From the IMG/VR virus record IMGVR_UViG_3300014866_000001, positions 4,377 through 68,376 of that record: DNA of 64,000 nucleotides; one strand, given 5' to 3'. The stretch comes from a virus (taxonomy: Duplodnaviria > Caudoviricetes). Positions 35,166 to 44,475 of the stretch are shown in pieces (positions within the stretch are counted from its first letter, which is position 1; every line of letters begins with the position of its first letter). The translations under genes and the position numbers were made by a program. The notes below the pieces were generated by a model. That model was not told where the DNA came from, did no database searches, and saw only the letters and a program-made list of their open reading frames with translations.

Positions 35166-35968
35166 GCCCTCCGTCGATGCAGTAACAAGCCACCTCCGCT
35201 TGGGAGCGTGAACGAGTTAGTTCTCAATTCGCTCTGGTAGCCAGTTGACCACGACCGATAGAGTGCCTCAGTCTCTCTCAAAGAAAGTGGTCGGTTATAG
35301 ATTCGTAGGTCGCCAATCAACCCACCGAACGCCACCGATCCACCAGGACGGTTTGCGATGCCGTCAATCATGATCGACAACCCGGCATCCATCGTCCCGT
35401 CCGTCGTCACGTCGCGGCCGTCCTCGGTGAACAGAATCGTTCCGTTGTCGCAACTGATTACGTAATAGTGCCACTGGCCGTCATTGCTCACCGTGCCCGT
35501 TGCGGTGGCGTTCCCGGATCCGTTCATGTCCCGTAGAACAATCGTCGTTGCCGCAGTGAACTTGATATCCGAGCGGTTAGTCTCGTTATTCCACCCGACA
35601 ATATTGTTGGCGCTTCCCACGTTGCGCTTGCAGGAAAAAGCGAAGGTCCGGCTGTTCAACGTGTACTGGGTAAGTGTGACTGCCACGTATTGAGTTGACG
35701 AGTCGGTGAACTGCAGAACCGTACCGGGAACGCTCGTTGTCCAGACCGGTGAATTCGTCAACGTCCCGTGCTTGGTGACCGTCTTGCGAAAACTGCATAG
35801 ATCGTAGAGGCGTGTCGCCCAAGGATCTGGGGATGTCTTCCCTGGATGTGCCCCTGGATGCCACCAGATTTCTAACCCACGATTCAGAGGCGCGGACCAG
35901 TCGACTGGGTTTGACCAGTCAATTGCCTGCGATTCGATACTCTGCAATCGTCGTGGGACGAGGAACAT
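35156..35968 (-). CDS. LamG/concanavalin A-like domain protein
   Basis: DGQWHYYV...FGGLIGDLRIYNRPLS. Confidence 0.8.
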   Translation of the reverse strand: MFLVPRRLQSIESQAIDWSNPVDWSAPLNRGLEIWWHPGAHPGKTSPDPWATRLYDLCSFRKTVTKHGTLTNSPVWTTSVPGTVLQFTDSSTQYVAVTLTQYTLNSRTFAFSCKRNVGSANNIVGWNNETNRSDIKFTAATTIVLRDMNGSGNATATGTVSNDGQWHYYVISCDNGTILFTEDGRDVTTDGTMDAGLSIMIDGIANRPGGSVAFGGLIGDLRIYNRPLSLRETEALYRSWSTGYQSELRTNSFTLPSGGGLLLHRRRACA

Positions 35969-36568
35969 TTAGTACGTGTCCGTAGTAACCATGTGTGCCT
36001 GCGTGAACAGCGATTGACCACCCGCATAGTTGTCGACCACCACACGTAGCCGCCCGATTCCGAGAAGGTTGATCGGCGCGACAAACTTCTCCGCTTGGTC
36101 GCTTACGTCCGCGCTATTGTCGTGAGCGTAGGTGCAGGCTTCGTAGAACGTGATCGTTGTGCCCGACACGGATTTAATCCGCACGATTTCGTATTTCGTG
36201 GAATCGGACGTGTGCCCCAGGAACAGCAGATCACCGGCCGCCAAATTGGTAGCCGAGTTAACTACGCAACTCGTCGCCGTTGCGATGATGGCACCGTTGA
36301 GCGTGGTTTTGCCAACCGACGAACCGAGCTGGACAATGCCCTCGAATACCGGGTGCCACTTGTCATTGCCGCTGCTGGCTGCAGAGGCTTCGACACGAAC
36401 CACTGGAGCGCTCGTGAAGTTTGTCCCGCTGGCCCGCCCGATATCGACGTAGATGCTCGCCCATAATTTGGTGGCCACATCCTGAGCACTGCCAATCGCC
36501 TGAGCGGCCGTTGCGACCGTCTGCCAGGTGAGGAGTGATGTTCCCTGCGTTTTTGTTGGTGAACCCAT
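35969..36568 (-). CDS. Probable virion protein
   Basis: TTLNGAI...LAAGDLLFLG...EIVRIKSVSGTTIT repeat type. Confidence 0.6.
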   Translation of the reverse strand: MGSPTKTQGTSLLTWQTVATAAQAIGSAQDVATKLWASIYVDIGRASGTNFTSAPVVRVEASAASSGNDKWHPVFEGIVQLGSSVGKTTLNGAIIATATSCVVNSATNLAAGDLLFLGHTSDSTKYEIVRIKSVSGTTITFYEACTYAHDNSADVSDQAEKFVAPINLLGIGRLRVVVDNYAGGQSLFTQAHMVTTDTY

Positions 36569-36888
36569 TATCCCACCTGTGCCATGACGTTGACTAATCC
36601 GTTGACGACGAATTGCACATCGTTGTCGGCCGCCGTATTACCAGCCGCAGACACGGTTGAATTCTCAAGAACGCGCAACATGACTTGATGAGCCTGAGTA
36701 AGTGCCGAGTCTGGGTTATCCCGAATGTTCTGAGCCCATTGCAGGCGACCTTGGTGGAAGGCGGTCTGCGGATCCTCAGCAATCACGTCTGTGGATGCCT
36801 TGACCACCGCGCGAGCAACCTTTTTGTGAAGGTCGTTGGTCTGGTCGTTGAACAAATCGAATTCCTCTACATATGCCATTGATTTCAA
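36568..36888 (-). CDS. Phage hypothetical protein
   Basis: 106-aa ORF; coupled. Confidence 0.55.
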   Translation of the reverse strand: MKSMAYVEEFDLFNDQTNDLHKKVARAVVKASTDVIAEDPQTAFHQGRLQWAQNIRDNPDSALTQAHQVMLRVLENSTVSAAGNTAADNDVQFVVNGLVNVMAQVG

Positions 36889-36958
36889 CCCCTAATTAAA
36901 TTCTCTGATTTAGTTATCTCTTTGGTGCGCCTCGATGACTTCACCGTGTGCTAACTCG

Positions 36959-37513
36959 TCACGGACTGTTGATAACTTCGATCTTATCCGCCTTCGTGAA
37001 TCGAGCGTGGCCGATAAGCCCACTATCCGTCTTGATGACCTTGGTGCGGATCTCGATCGGAAATTCCGTCCCGTCCTTTTTCAGGCCATCGCACTTAGGG
37101 ACTACCACGACCTTCTCATTGTCCACGGGGCCGTCAAAACGCCGCCTGAACGCCGCTAAGTGCTGGCCCCGGTATCTAGGCGGCATCAGTTTTTCAATCT
37201 GCATGCCTCGCATTTCCGCCTGTGTATAGCCGAACAACTCCGCCGCACTGGGCGTGGCGTTGAGAATCGTGCCGTCTGGATTGACTGCGATCGAATGACC
37301 AAGTGCGGCTTGGTAGAGAAAAACGTCGAAGCTCTCTTGCGTCATGAATCCCTTGAGTTTTTCGTCTTGAGCGATCAGCCACGCATTTAGTTGCGCATTC
37401 AGCTTTTCAGTTTTCGTGTCCGGGACGAACCGAGATGCAAACTGCAAGCTCACTGGCACAACGGCTACCGCTGTCCACATGAGGATTGTTCCGATTGTTT
37501 GCCGCGTGATCAT
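36959..37513 (-). CDS. Membrane-anchored stand-alone PAS domain protein
   Basis: N-terminal TM; DGTILNAT.SAAELFGY..AEMRG..IEKLMP...GLKKDGTEFPIEI. Confidence 0.85.
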   Translation of the reverse strand: MITRQTIGTILMWTAVAVVPVSLQFASRFVPDTKTEKLNAQLNAWLIAQDEKLKGFMTQESFDVFLYQAALGHSIAVNPDGTILNATPSAAELFGYTQAEMRGMQIEKLMPPRYRGQHLAAFRRRFDGPVDNEKVVVVPKCDGLKKDGTEFPIEIRTKVIKTDSGLIGHARFTKADKIEVINSP

Positions 37514-37848
37514 TTGCTTGCTTTCAGTTCAAAGCCAAACGCTCTCGCGATTCCCGCAAAAAGTAGTTCGACAAGTGGAGCCAACTTTGGCTGAACGAAC
37601 CCAAACCCAGTCGACAACCCACAACAAATAAATCTCCAGTCCTCAATATTTACGTTCCACTGCGGCACGACAAAACGGATCAAAGCGAGTGCGCCACTGA
37701 TTACCACAACACCACTGATCGACCCCAGTAATACCGTTCCCGCTACGGTTCGAAACTTGGCTTCCTGCTTTGATTGCAGAAACTTTCCGGTGCCTCCAAT
37801 AGCCCCACTCGCGAAAACCGCGATGTACGTGATTGATTCCAGATCCAT
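37510..37848 (-). CDS. Holin-like multi-TM protein
   Basis: 112 aa with 3-4 hydrophobic segments. Confidence 0.5.
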   Translation of the reverse strand: MDLESITYIAVFASGAIGGTGKFLQSKQEAKFRTVAGTVLLGSISGVVVISGALALIRFVVPQWNVNIEDWRFICCGLSTGFGFVQPKLAPLVELLFAGIARAFGFELKASK

Positions 37849-38057
37849 TTTTCATACGGTGCCCATTAAAGTTCTAACCTCTGGTGTCCGATAATTGGTC
37901 CCATGAGAAACGGACAATGGCTACCGCCAGACAAATACATGCACTGGGCATACGTCGCGTTCGCGTTCGGTGTCGGCCATTCCATCGCGGTTGCCATCGT
38001 CGGGTATCTTTCAGTGTTGGTGCTCACTGCCTTCAAACTGCTTGGACTGCCGCCGTT

Positions 38058-38399
38058 CTAAGGGTTCTGACAGGCGTAAAGTGCATCCTCCGCCGCGTCC
38101 AAATAAGCATTGGCTGTAGCCAAATCGAATTGCAGGGAGGCTGTCAACGTCCACGACGTTGCCAGTGCGATTCCGATATTCGTGACTGCCTCTTGAGCCG
38201 CTTGGACCGCCGATTCCTCTGCCGAGCAGTCGGTCATCATCGTGGCCTTCGCATCGGACAAGGTCCTCAGTGCTATCACCAACTTGGAAACTTCGGCAGC
38301 GTGGGCGTACAGCAACTTCACATGCTTTTCGAGCCGTAATGTCAACCGCTTGAGAATCCGGTCACGTCTAGCGCGGGCTTGTTGCAGTGAGTCCATTAC
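38058..38399 (-). CDS. Coiled-coil hypothetical protein
   Basis: MDSLQQAR start within ORF 38058..38432. Confidence 0.45.
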   Translation of the reverse strand, partial: VMDSLQQARARRDRILKRLTLRLEKHVKLLYAHAAEVSKLVIALRTLSDAKATMMTDCSAEESAVQAAQEAVTNIGIALATSWTLTASLQFDLATANAYLDAAEDALYACQNP

Positions 38400-38616
38400 G
38401 TTTCTCCTTGAGGATTTCGATGGCGCGAGCATGGATCATTTCCAATACCCGTTGATCTTGCGCAGCCACATCATTGCTACGCTCTTGAGATTTCATCGCA
38501 CGCATCCAGCCAGCTTCCTGAGCTCCAACGAAGACTACGTACAGAACGACGCACTGTCCGAGAGTTTTCCAACTGGAGAGAAACTTGAAGGCAGCCGATT
38601 GCAGTATCGCATTCAT
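38368..38616 (-). CDS. Small TM protein
   Basis: One TM then a coiled segment. Confidence 0.5.
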   Translation of the reverse strand: MNAILQSAAFKFLSSWKTLGQCVVLYVVFVGAQEAGWMRAMKSQERSNDVAAQDQRVLEMIHARAIEILKEKRNGLTATSPR

Positions 38617-38831
38617 TTTCCAAACAAGTCCTTTAGGGTCTTGATGAGTTCAATAACAAACGCCAGCACCACAGCGAGCGTGCCGAGCGCCACCAAAAGA
38701 CGCAGCAGTGCCGGTGGAAGTCGCCCCTTGCCACCTCTGCCGCCCAGTGGAACGCGCACATGGACACTCGCCTCCAATGAGTCGTTCCCGTTGTTGTCCG
38801 GTATCCGCTTCCGTCCGAACCATGTTTCCAT
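38613..38831 (-). CDS. Small TM protein
   Basis: C-terminal TM. Confidence 0.45.
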   Translation of the reverse strand: METWFGRKRIPDNNGNDSLEASVHVRVPLGGRGGKGRLPPALLRLLVALGTLAVVLAFVIELIKTLKDLFGK

Positions 38832-38859
38832 CCCGGCTGCCCCGCCAGTTAGTTACGAA

Positions 38860-39237
38860 TCAGCTTTTTGCCTGGTTTTCCGCCCGCGCTCGTTCCTCAA
38901 CTCCGCCCTGTGCCACGGACGCTTCCTGCACTTTGCGATCGGCAAGAATGGCGGATCGCTGATCCTTCTCAGCCATCGCGGAGATTAGCACTTTGATTGT
39001 GCCTTGTAATTCCTCGATTTTCTTGTCCTGTTTGGTGGCACGGTCGTTGGTAAGCTCGTGCACCTTACCGATTTCGACTAGTGTTGATTCGACCTTTGTG
39101 TTGGTTGTTTTTGACGCAGCGTCTACTTTCGTGCCAGTACGCCAAGCTGTGATAATCGCGACGATCATTCCGCCAAAACCAGCGAAGATCCCGGTCACCA
39201 ACACCAACAGTTCTGCAGCGCTGTATGTCACGCTCAC
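38860..39237 (-). CDS. TM plus coiled-coil protein (holin-like)
   Basis: N-terminal TM; VHELTN motif. Confidence 0.55.
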   Translation of the reverse strand: MSVTYSAAELLVLVTGIFAGFGGMIVAIITAWRTGTKVDAASKTTNTKVESTLVEIGKVHELTNDRATKQDKKIEELQGTIKVLISAMAEKDQRSAILADRKVQEASVAQGGVEERARAENQAKS

Positions 39238-39383
39238 TTACCAATCAACAAGCAGATTCCTGCGCCGGCCGCCAAGCACCCTTGAATAACCGTCATCGCG
39301 ACGATTTGCAGGTTGGTCAGCGTCACGACCGCGTAAATAATCAGCCAAATTGCAAGGAGGATCACTCCCCAGGACTTCGCCAT
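39234..39383 (-). CDS. 49-aa two-TM protein (absent from ORF track)
   Basis: MAKSWGVILLAIWLIIYAVVTLTNLQIVAMTVIQGCLAAGAGICLLIGK; GAGGTGA SD. Confidence 0.6.
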   Translation of the reverse strand: MAKSWGVILLAIWLIIYAVVTLTNLQIVAMTVIQGCLAAGAGICLLIGK

Positions 39384-39397
39384 ACGTCACCTCGCTA

Positions 39398-40576
39398 TCA
39401 GTTCGCCTTCACTTCCGGTGGTCGCTTAAACTCCAGAATTGGTACAGCGCCAACCGCATCCTTAAAAGTTATCTGGTTGCTTTCTGGAGGAATCGTCACG
39501 TTCTCACACAGCGCCATCTGGATACCAGATTTGCAGCGGCGTTTCTCGAAGAGGTCTTCCAGTTGGTTCCCCTCTATCAAAATGTCCTCCGCATCCTGAA
39601 GGTAGAGCTGTGACATGACGTCGGCTTTGCCATCTTTGCGCAGACCGTTGTTGTAGATGCGATTATTGCTAATCGTGATGTATTCACAGCGGTCGTTTAA
39701 CCCGCTCACCTGCAGGCCGTGAGCGTCATTACCACGGATAGAGTTTTTTGAGATAACCCCGTACTTACAGAATCGCGAGACCGTGATACCGATCTCGCCG
39801 CCGTAATAGGCCTCGTTCCCTTCCACCAAGAAGTTGGAGCAGTTGTGCAAGACGATTAAATCCCCGCTGCCCTTGTTTGCTGCTGGATTTGCAGGATTGT
39901 ACGGCTGGCTTTCGCCTCGCATGATGTTGTACAGGATTCGCAGTGACACATTCCGCCGGTTCATGTTGTCCGGATCGCTGAGCACAACGATACCTTGTCT
40001 TGAACCTTTACCAGCCAGAGGGTTGATGCAGCTGTTCCTGTACAGCTCAATGTCCCGCGTGCCAGCCGCACCACTCCAAATGTGGTAAGCGTACTGAAGC
40101 CAGTTTTGGATCTCACAGTACGCAATGCGGGACCGCAGCATACCGCTGCCAAACCTGAAACCGTATTGAGTGCCGCTGCCTTGGCAATCTTCCACAGCAA
40201 CACCTTTGCTGTTCTCAAAATTGATCAAGTAGTTCGTCGTGGGAAAAGTTCCTAGCAGTTCGCAGCGGGAGATTTCGACATCCTCACAAGCGCCACTATT
40301 CGAGAGTAGCGTGTGGGCCACTGCCTGGATCGCAAGACCGTGAATAGTGACGTGTTTGGCCGCGTTCAGCACGATTGCATTTTGGATAAACTTCGGCGCG
40401 AGTAGTGTCGCGCCAGTACCCCACAAATTACATGGCTTCTTAATGGTCAGTTGCTTGCTGAATCGGAATGTGCGTTCAGGAAACTCCGCACCACCAGCGT
40501 CAATGGCGGCCTGGATCGCGACGGTGTCGTCATCAACACCGTTGCCCTTCGCGCCGTAGTCTAAAATGGATTTCAT
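39398..40576 (-). CDS. Right-handed beta-helix, pectate-lyase-superfamily protein (possible depolymerase)
   Basis: SILDYGAKGNGVDDDTVAIQAAID followed by parallel beta-helix repeats. Confidence 0.85.
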   Translation of the reverse strand: MKSILDYGAKGNGVDDDTVAIQAAIDAGGAEFPERTFRFSKQLTIKKPCNLWGTGATLLAPKFIQNAIVLNAAKHVTIHGLAIQAVAHTLLSNSGACEDVEISRCELLGTFPTTNYLINFENSKGVAVEDCQGSGTQYGFRFGSGMLRSRIAYCEIQNWLQYAYHIWSGAAGTRDIELYRNSCINPLAGKGSRQGIVVLSDPDNMNRRNVSLRILYNIMRGESQPYNPANPAANKGSGDLIVLHNCSNFLVEGNEAYYGGEIGITVSRFCKYGVISKNSIRGNDAHGLQVSGLNDRCEYITISNNRIYNNGLRKDGKADVMSQLYLQDAEDILIEGNQLEDLFEKRRCKSGIQMALCENVTIPPESNQITFKDAVGAVPILEFKRPPEVKAN

Positions 40577-40600
40577 TGCTTACCGTCGATTCCCAATGAG

Positions 40601-40632
40601 AAAAACCGCCCCGCGGCGGATGCGTTGGGGCG
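40601..40632 (-). terminator. Rho-independent terminator-like hairpin
   Basis: CGCCCC...GGGGCG-GTTTTT. Confidence 0.45.
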
Positions 40633-40654
40633 AACGCGATTTGACGCGCGTTAG

Positions 40655-41233
40655 TTATTCAGGGTCTGGTACTTCGCGCTCGCCAAGATTGGTAATCGCA
40701 CCGAAATCGCCGGGAGCACCTGGGGGAATGGTATCCTTTGCCACGAACTCTTGACTTGCAGTGGCCGGTCCCTCGTTCCCGTCGTCGTCCACGTAAGAAC
40801 GCTCCAGGCGAACGTTCTTTCCCTTCGGAACTTCAAAGGTGGCGACACCGGCCAATCGCGGAACGGTCTGACTCTGGAACTCTTGCCCGTCGACGATCAC
40901 CTTGACCTTCTGTTCTTGCACATCGACGTTTTCTGGTTTGTCTTCAACCGGAGGCAACTTGGCCTCGTAAGTGAGAATCCACATATCCGTAACTTCGTCC
41001 TTTCGTTCGCTCAGCAATACCCACTCCGTGATAGGCTCTGGAGTGGAGACAACTGGCGCGTTTAGTAGGCTCTCAATTCGGTCTAGTCGATCGGACAACT
41101 GCTGTCCGATTTCTTCTTGTCGACTATTGCCAAGGAGGACGAGCCGTTTCACTTCCTCTTGGCCCGATAAAGAGTCAAATAGCTGTCGGCTAATGAATAC
41201 AACTCGGTTGTAAATCTGGGTCAATAAACTCAT
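40655..41233 (-). CDS. Hypothetical protein with C-terminal Ig/FN3-like segment
   Basis: MSLLTQ start; YVDDDGNEGP...DTIPPGAP. Confidence 0.55.
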   Translation of the reverse strand: MSLLTQIYNRVVFISRQLFDSLSGQEEVKRLVLLGNSRQEEIGQQLSDRLDRIESLLNAPVVSTPEPITEWVLLSERKDEVTDMWILTYEAKLPPVEDKPENVDVQEQKVKVIVDGQEFQSQTVPRLAGVATFEVPKGKNVRLERSYVDDDGNEGPATASQEFVAKDTIPPGAPGDFGAITNLGEREVPDPE

Positions 41234-41246
41234 GATGCTGCCGTGG

Positions 41247-41801
41247 TTAAAATCCAAAAAGTTTACGCAGCCAGTCGAGAAATGGAGTTGGCCGCTTGGG
41301 TGGCTTAGGAATTGGAGTCGGAGTCGGAGTCGGTTCTGGAATCGGCGGACCTGGAACCGGATCAGGGTTGTCAGCCAATCCGCCCGTGAATTCGCCAGCC
41401 CACCAAGTGCCACCCTGCGCGGGAGTCATGCCGCTTTTCCATGCCCTCGACAAGCCGAACCCAACTTTAGACGAGTTGCTAGTGAGCCATCTGTAATGAC
41501 CTGGTGACCTCATCCATCGGTCGATTACTGACGCGGCAAATGCTAGATGATTACCATCCCACGCAATGATTTCTTCACCACCTCCATGTTGGTGAAATCC
41601 CTCGAACCGCATGTAGTTCGTCCACGCCTGAGCGCGACGACAGTACGACTCGTCCAACTGTTGACGCGGCAACCCGAGCTGCGCCCGTCGGCGCATCGCC
41701 TCTTCGTAGATTGCAATGATCTCAGGATTGTCAACGAGTCTTGTCATCACTTCGCCATAAAAGGTTTGGAGAACGTTGGCTCGTTGCTGCGGCAATTTCA
41801 T
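41247..41801 (-). CDS. CAP/SCP domain protein with Pro/Thr linker
   Basis: EEIIAW...IDRWMRSPGHYRWL...VGFG. Confidence 0.8.
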   Translation of the reverse strand: MKLPQQRANVLQTFYGEVMTRLVDNPEIIAIYEEAMRRRAQLGLPRQQLDESYCRRAQAWTNYMRFEGFHQHGGGEEIIAWDGNHLAFAASVIDRWMRSPGHYRWLTSNSSKVGFGLSRAWKSGMTPAQGGTWWAGEFTGGLADNPDPVPGPPIPEPTPTPTPIPKPPKRPTPFLDWLRKLFGF

Positions 41802-41915
41802 GTTCGAACGAAAAAAGGCGCGACATTCCAAAAGGAAATTCGCGCCGTCTTAGCGTCAGGTGGTTTCAACCCACACAGAATATCGGCTATACGCTGATGT
41901 TGGTCAAGTGAAAGA

Positions 41916-42125
41916 CTACCGCACGATGGCCTCGATCACGTCCATCGTCATGGGTTCCGGGTCGAATATCAGGACATCACGCTCTGCCAGCACCCCCAGG
42001 CGAACGCGCCCGTGGATCGGCTTGGCGTACACCCTGATTATCCGTTCGGACATTGACGGTGGTATTTTGAGAGTCACCTGCTCAGTCATTGTCAGAGTCG
42101 ACAGTTTCTTGGCTACCGCGCCCAT
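41916..42125 (-). CDS. CsrA-like protein
   Basis: IRVYAKPIHGRVRLGVLAERDVLI resembles the CsrA core. Confidence 0.5.
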   Translation of the reverse strand: MGAVAKKLSTLTMTEQVTLKIPPSMSERIIRVYAKPIHGRVRLGVLAERDVLIFDPEPMTMDVIEAIVR

Positions 42126-42280
42126 CAGAATCCTTTCGAGTTAGTTCCTGCCGAGTTCAGTTACCTAGTTACCCACACTTCACCGTCTTCTACGGCTTTC
42201 TTTAGACGACTCAGAAATTGAATTGTGGTGGATTTTAGTTGTTCTGCTTGACTCAAAGTCGCTGCCATCATCTACCTCCG

Positions 42281-42484
42281 TCACAAGGCGAATTTCACAA
42301 CCACATTACCAGCTTCAGTAAGACGTACACGCATATTAGCTTTGTCAACTTCGATCAATTGCGGCTCATGGAACTGCTCGACGAGAGCCCAACAAGTATG
42401 GGAGACGTGCCTCCATCCAGCGCCGCAATCTGGCGATCGGGATACGAGTCTCAAAAAATCTTTGTCTTGCGTGCTCATTGCCAT
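42281..42484 (-). CDS. Hypothetical protein
   Basis: 67-aa ORF. Confidence 0.5.
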   Translation of the reverse strand: MAMSTQDKDFLRLVSRSPDCGAGWRHVSHTCWALVEQFHEPQLIEVDKANMRVRLTEAGNVVVKFAL

Positions 42485-42513
42485 TCCACCGTGCCTCCCA
42501 ATACTTTTCTTGC

Positions 42514-43198
42514 TTACTGAATCTTTTCGATGTTGCCCTTCAGGTATTCCGTCAAAGGCATTTTCTTATTCGTCCGGTGATTGGTGACAACACCGTGGCA
42601 CACCTGAACCGTCCGGATCTTGTCCCCGCGCTCACCGCACCCAATCTGCTCCCGCCGATTAACATTGGTTTTGTGATGGTTATCGGATCGCTGCTTGTCC
42701 AGAACGCGTTGCCGCAGAACCGCTAGGGCTTTGACGCGGTTTCGTTTCTGGCTCCGCTCATCTTGGCATTGAGCCTCGATTCCAGTTGGTCGATGAATAG
42801 CAACGCAGGCCGTTTCGTTCTTCTGGCGATTTTGGCCACCAGCACCGACCGACGCCACGCAATATCGAAAGGACACGTCGGACTCCCGGAACTCAGTTCG
42901 TGCTTCGCCACCAGTCACGGCAACGGTGATCGTTGAGCTTTGGCGTCTTCCGCTACGTTCAGTGGGCGGAATCCGCTGCCATCGGTGCCCGCCCGATTCC
43001 GGCGTCATTAAGGCACGGCATCCATTGCCAGTCAGCCGCACAGAACAGAATCCAGGTCGCTTATCCATGATGACCCACTCAAAGACAGCTCCGTTTCCAA
43101 ACCTTCGTGTAGATGTCCAGTTGGTCCGGTACCAATAGCTTGGCATCGTCGCCGCCTTCAGCGGCTCGAATTTCAACAACACATGTTTCTGGTTTCAT
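42514..43198 (-). CDS. Compact class-1 peptide release factor-like protein, expressed via a +1 frameshift at CTT-TGA
   Basis: ATG 43198 with AAGGAG SD; 39 codons (EIRAAEGGDDA) to CTT TGA at 43084-43079; +1 frame carries QRIPPTER and GAGGQN. Confidence 0.85.
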
Positions 43199-43212
43199 AA
43201 TCAAACTCCTTT

Positions 43213-43413
43213 TCATAGTTCATCCCGTAATCGCCGCCGATACCAAACGAAACCACCAGCGGTATAGCAAACCTCAAAGTCGTCAGTCATACCTTCGTAA
43301 TACTCTCCTGGAGGATATCCTCGTCTCCAAGGATTCGGCGACTTACCGTCTTTGATGCGTTGAACCCTGCCAATCCGCTCCAGTTCGTCCAGGTCGATGG
43401 TCATGACTTCCAC
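43213..43413 (-). CDS. Hypothetical protein
   Basis: 66-aa ORF with SD. Confidence 0.5.
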   Translation of the reverse strand: MEVMTIDLDELERIGRVQRIKDGKSPNPWRRGYPPGEYYEGMTDDFEVCYTAGGFVWYRRRLRDEL

Positions 43414-43511
43414 CTAATCACCGAGGTTGTAAATGGGTGCCGAAAAGTCTCGTACAAAATCCTACCGATGAGCCAAATGAATCGCATGGACCGTATCTCC
43501 AGATAGCTGCC

Positions 43512-43739
43512 CTATTTAACGCCAAGACTTTGGAGCAAGCCCACCATAGCCGTATTTACAACCAGAAAACGAATCTCTGGCTGCCACGTTAACTCCACAG
43601 GACTTCGCAGCATGTTTCTCTCTTGAGGCATGATGTCTGTAACCCATACCTCGCCGTTTTGAACTGCCTCCGTCAAGCGATTCAAAAAGGAGATTGTCTG
43701 AGCTTTTAATTCTTCAGCTTGGCTAAATGTTGCAGCCAT
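43512..43739 (-). CDS. Hypothetical protein
   Basis: 75-aa ORF with GGAGG SD. Confidence 0.5.
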   Translation of the reverse strand: MAATFSQAEELKAQTISFLNRLTEAVQNGEVWVTDIMPQERNMLRSPVELTWQPEIRFLVVNTAMVGLLQSLGVK

Positions 43740-43759
43740 TCCGCGTACCCTCCAAAAGA

Positions 43760-44002
43760 TTACTGCCGTTCTGAATTCTTAAAAGGCTTCCCGGCATATA
43801 GCGGGTAGATATCCCAATCCTTTTCTTGCTTGCACCAAAACTTGTGTTCTTCCTCCTGTAATTCGGCACAGTCCTTAGCGTCGTTCAGATGCTCGAACGT
43901 CTCCCATACACCATGGGAACCATCGAAGTGAACAACCAGATAGCCAACGGGATTTGCAATGTCTGGAGCAATACCAATTACTTGCGGGCTGTGATCGCTC
44001 AT
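43760..44002 (-). CDS. Hypothetical protein
   Basis: 80-aa ORF. Confidence 0.55.
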   Translation of the reverse strand: MSDHSPQVIGIAPDIANPVGYLVVHFDGSHGVWETFEHLNDAKDCAELQEEEHKFWCKQEKDWDIYPLYAGKPFKNSERQ

Positions 44003-44026
44003 CCGAGTACTCCATAAGATTCACGT

Positions 44027-44281
44027 TCACGTTTTATCAACCGTGTCCATGTCGAACGTTGGGTGCGCCATCTCAGCAAACCGACGAACCTCACGGACAG
44101 CTTCGCCAATCACGTCTGGGATGCGTACCGCATCGTCAGCACGATTGGTCCATGTCCGAACTTCATCTTCGACGATCGCAAGTAAGTCAGCCGCTAAGTG
44201 GTACACGCCTGGGCAACTGTCGCTGTAGCCGAATTGCCTCATGCGGACAACGACTCGATCTGCAATCTTCTTTGTCGCCAT
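44027..44281 (-). CDS. Hypothetical protein
   Basis: 84-aa ORF; coupled. Confidence 0.55.
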   Translation of the reverse strand: MATKKIADRVVVRMRQFGYSDSCPGVYHLAADLLAIVEDEVRTWTNRADDAVRIPDVIGEAVREVRRFAEMAHPTFDMDTVDKT

Positions 44282-44475
44282 CAGCTATCCTCCGATACGG
44301 TTCCATAAAATCGGTTGTGGTCCGCAATCGTCTCTGGATCGTTAGAGACCATTGCCCATCCTCGACAATTCGACTCACCACAATTGCAAGGCAAGCACAC
44401 TCGGTGCTTACTGAGCTGCTCCCATGTCACCTGGCTGTTTCCGCAATATTCATCAATGAATTCTTCTCTGGTCAT
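44281..44475 (-). CDS. Small Cys-motif phage protein
   Basis: MTREEF...LPCNCG...CRGWA. Confidence 0.55.
   Translation of the reverse strand: MTREEFIDEYCGNSQVTWEQLSKHRVCLPCNCGESNCRGWAMVSNDPETIADHNRFYGTVSEDS

Noticed and set aside
42514-43198. Stop-codon reassignment in this phage, suggested by the release factor
   Set aside because: Core genes are intact under the standard code and end at TAA, TAG and TGA at expected lengths
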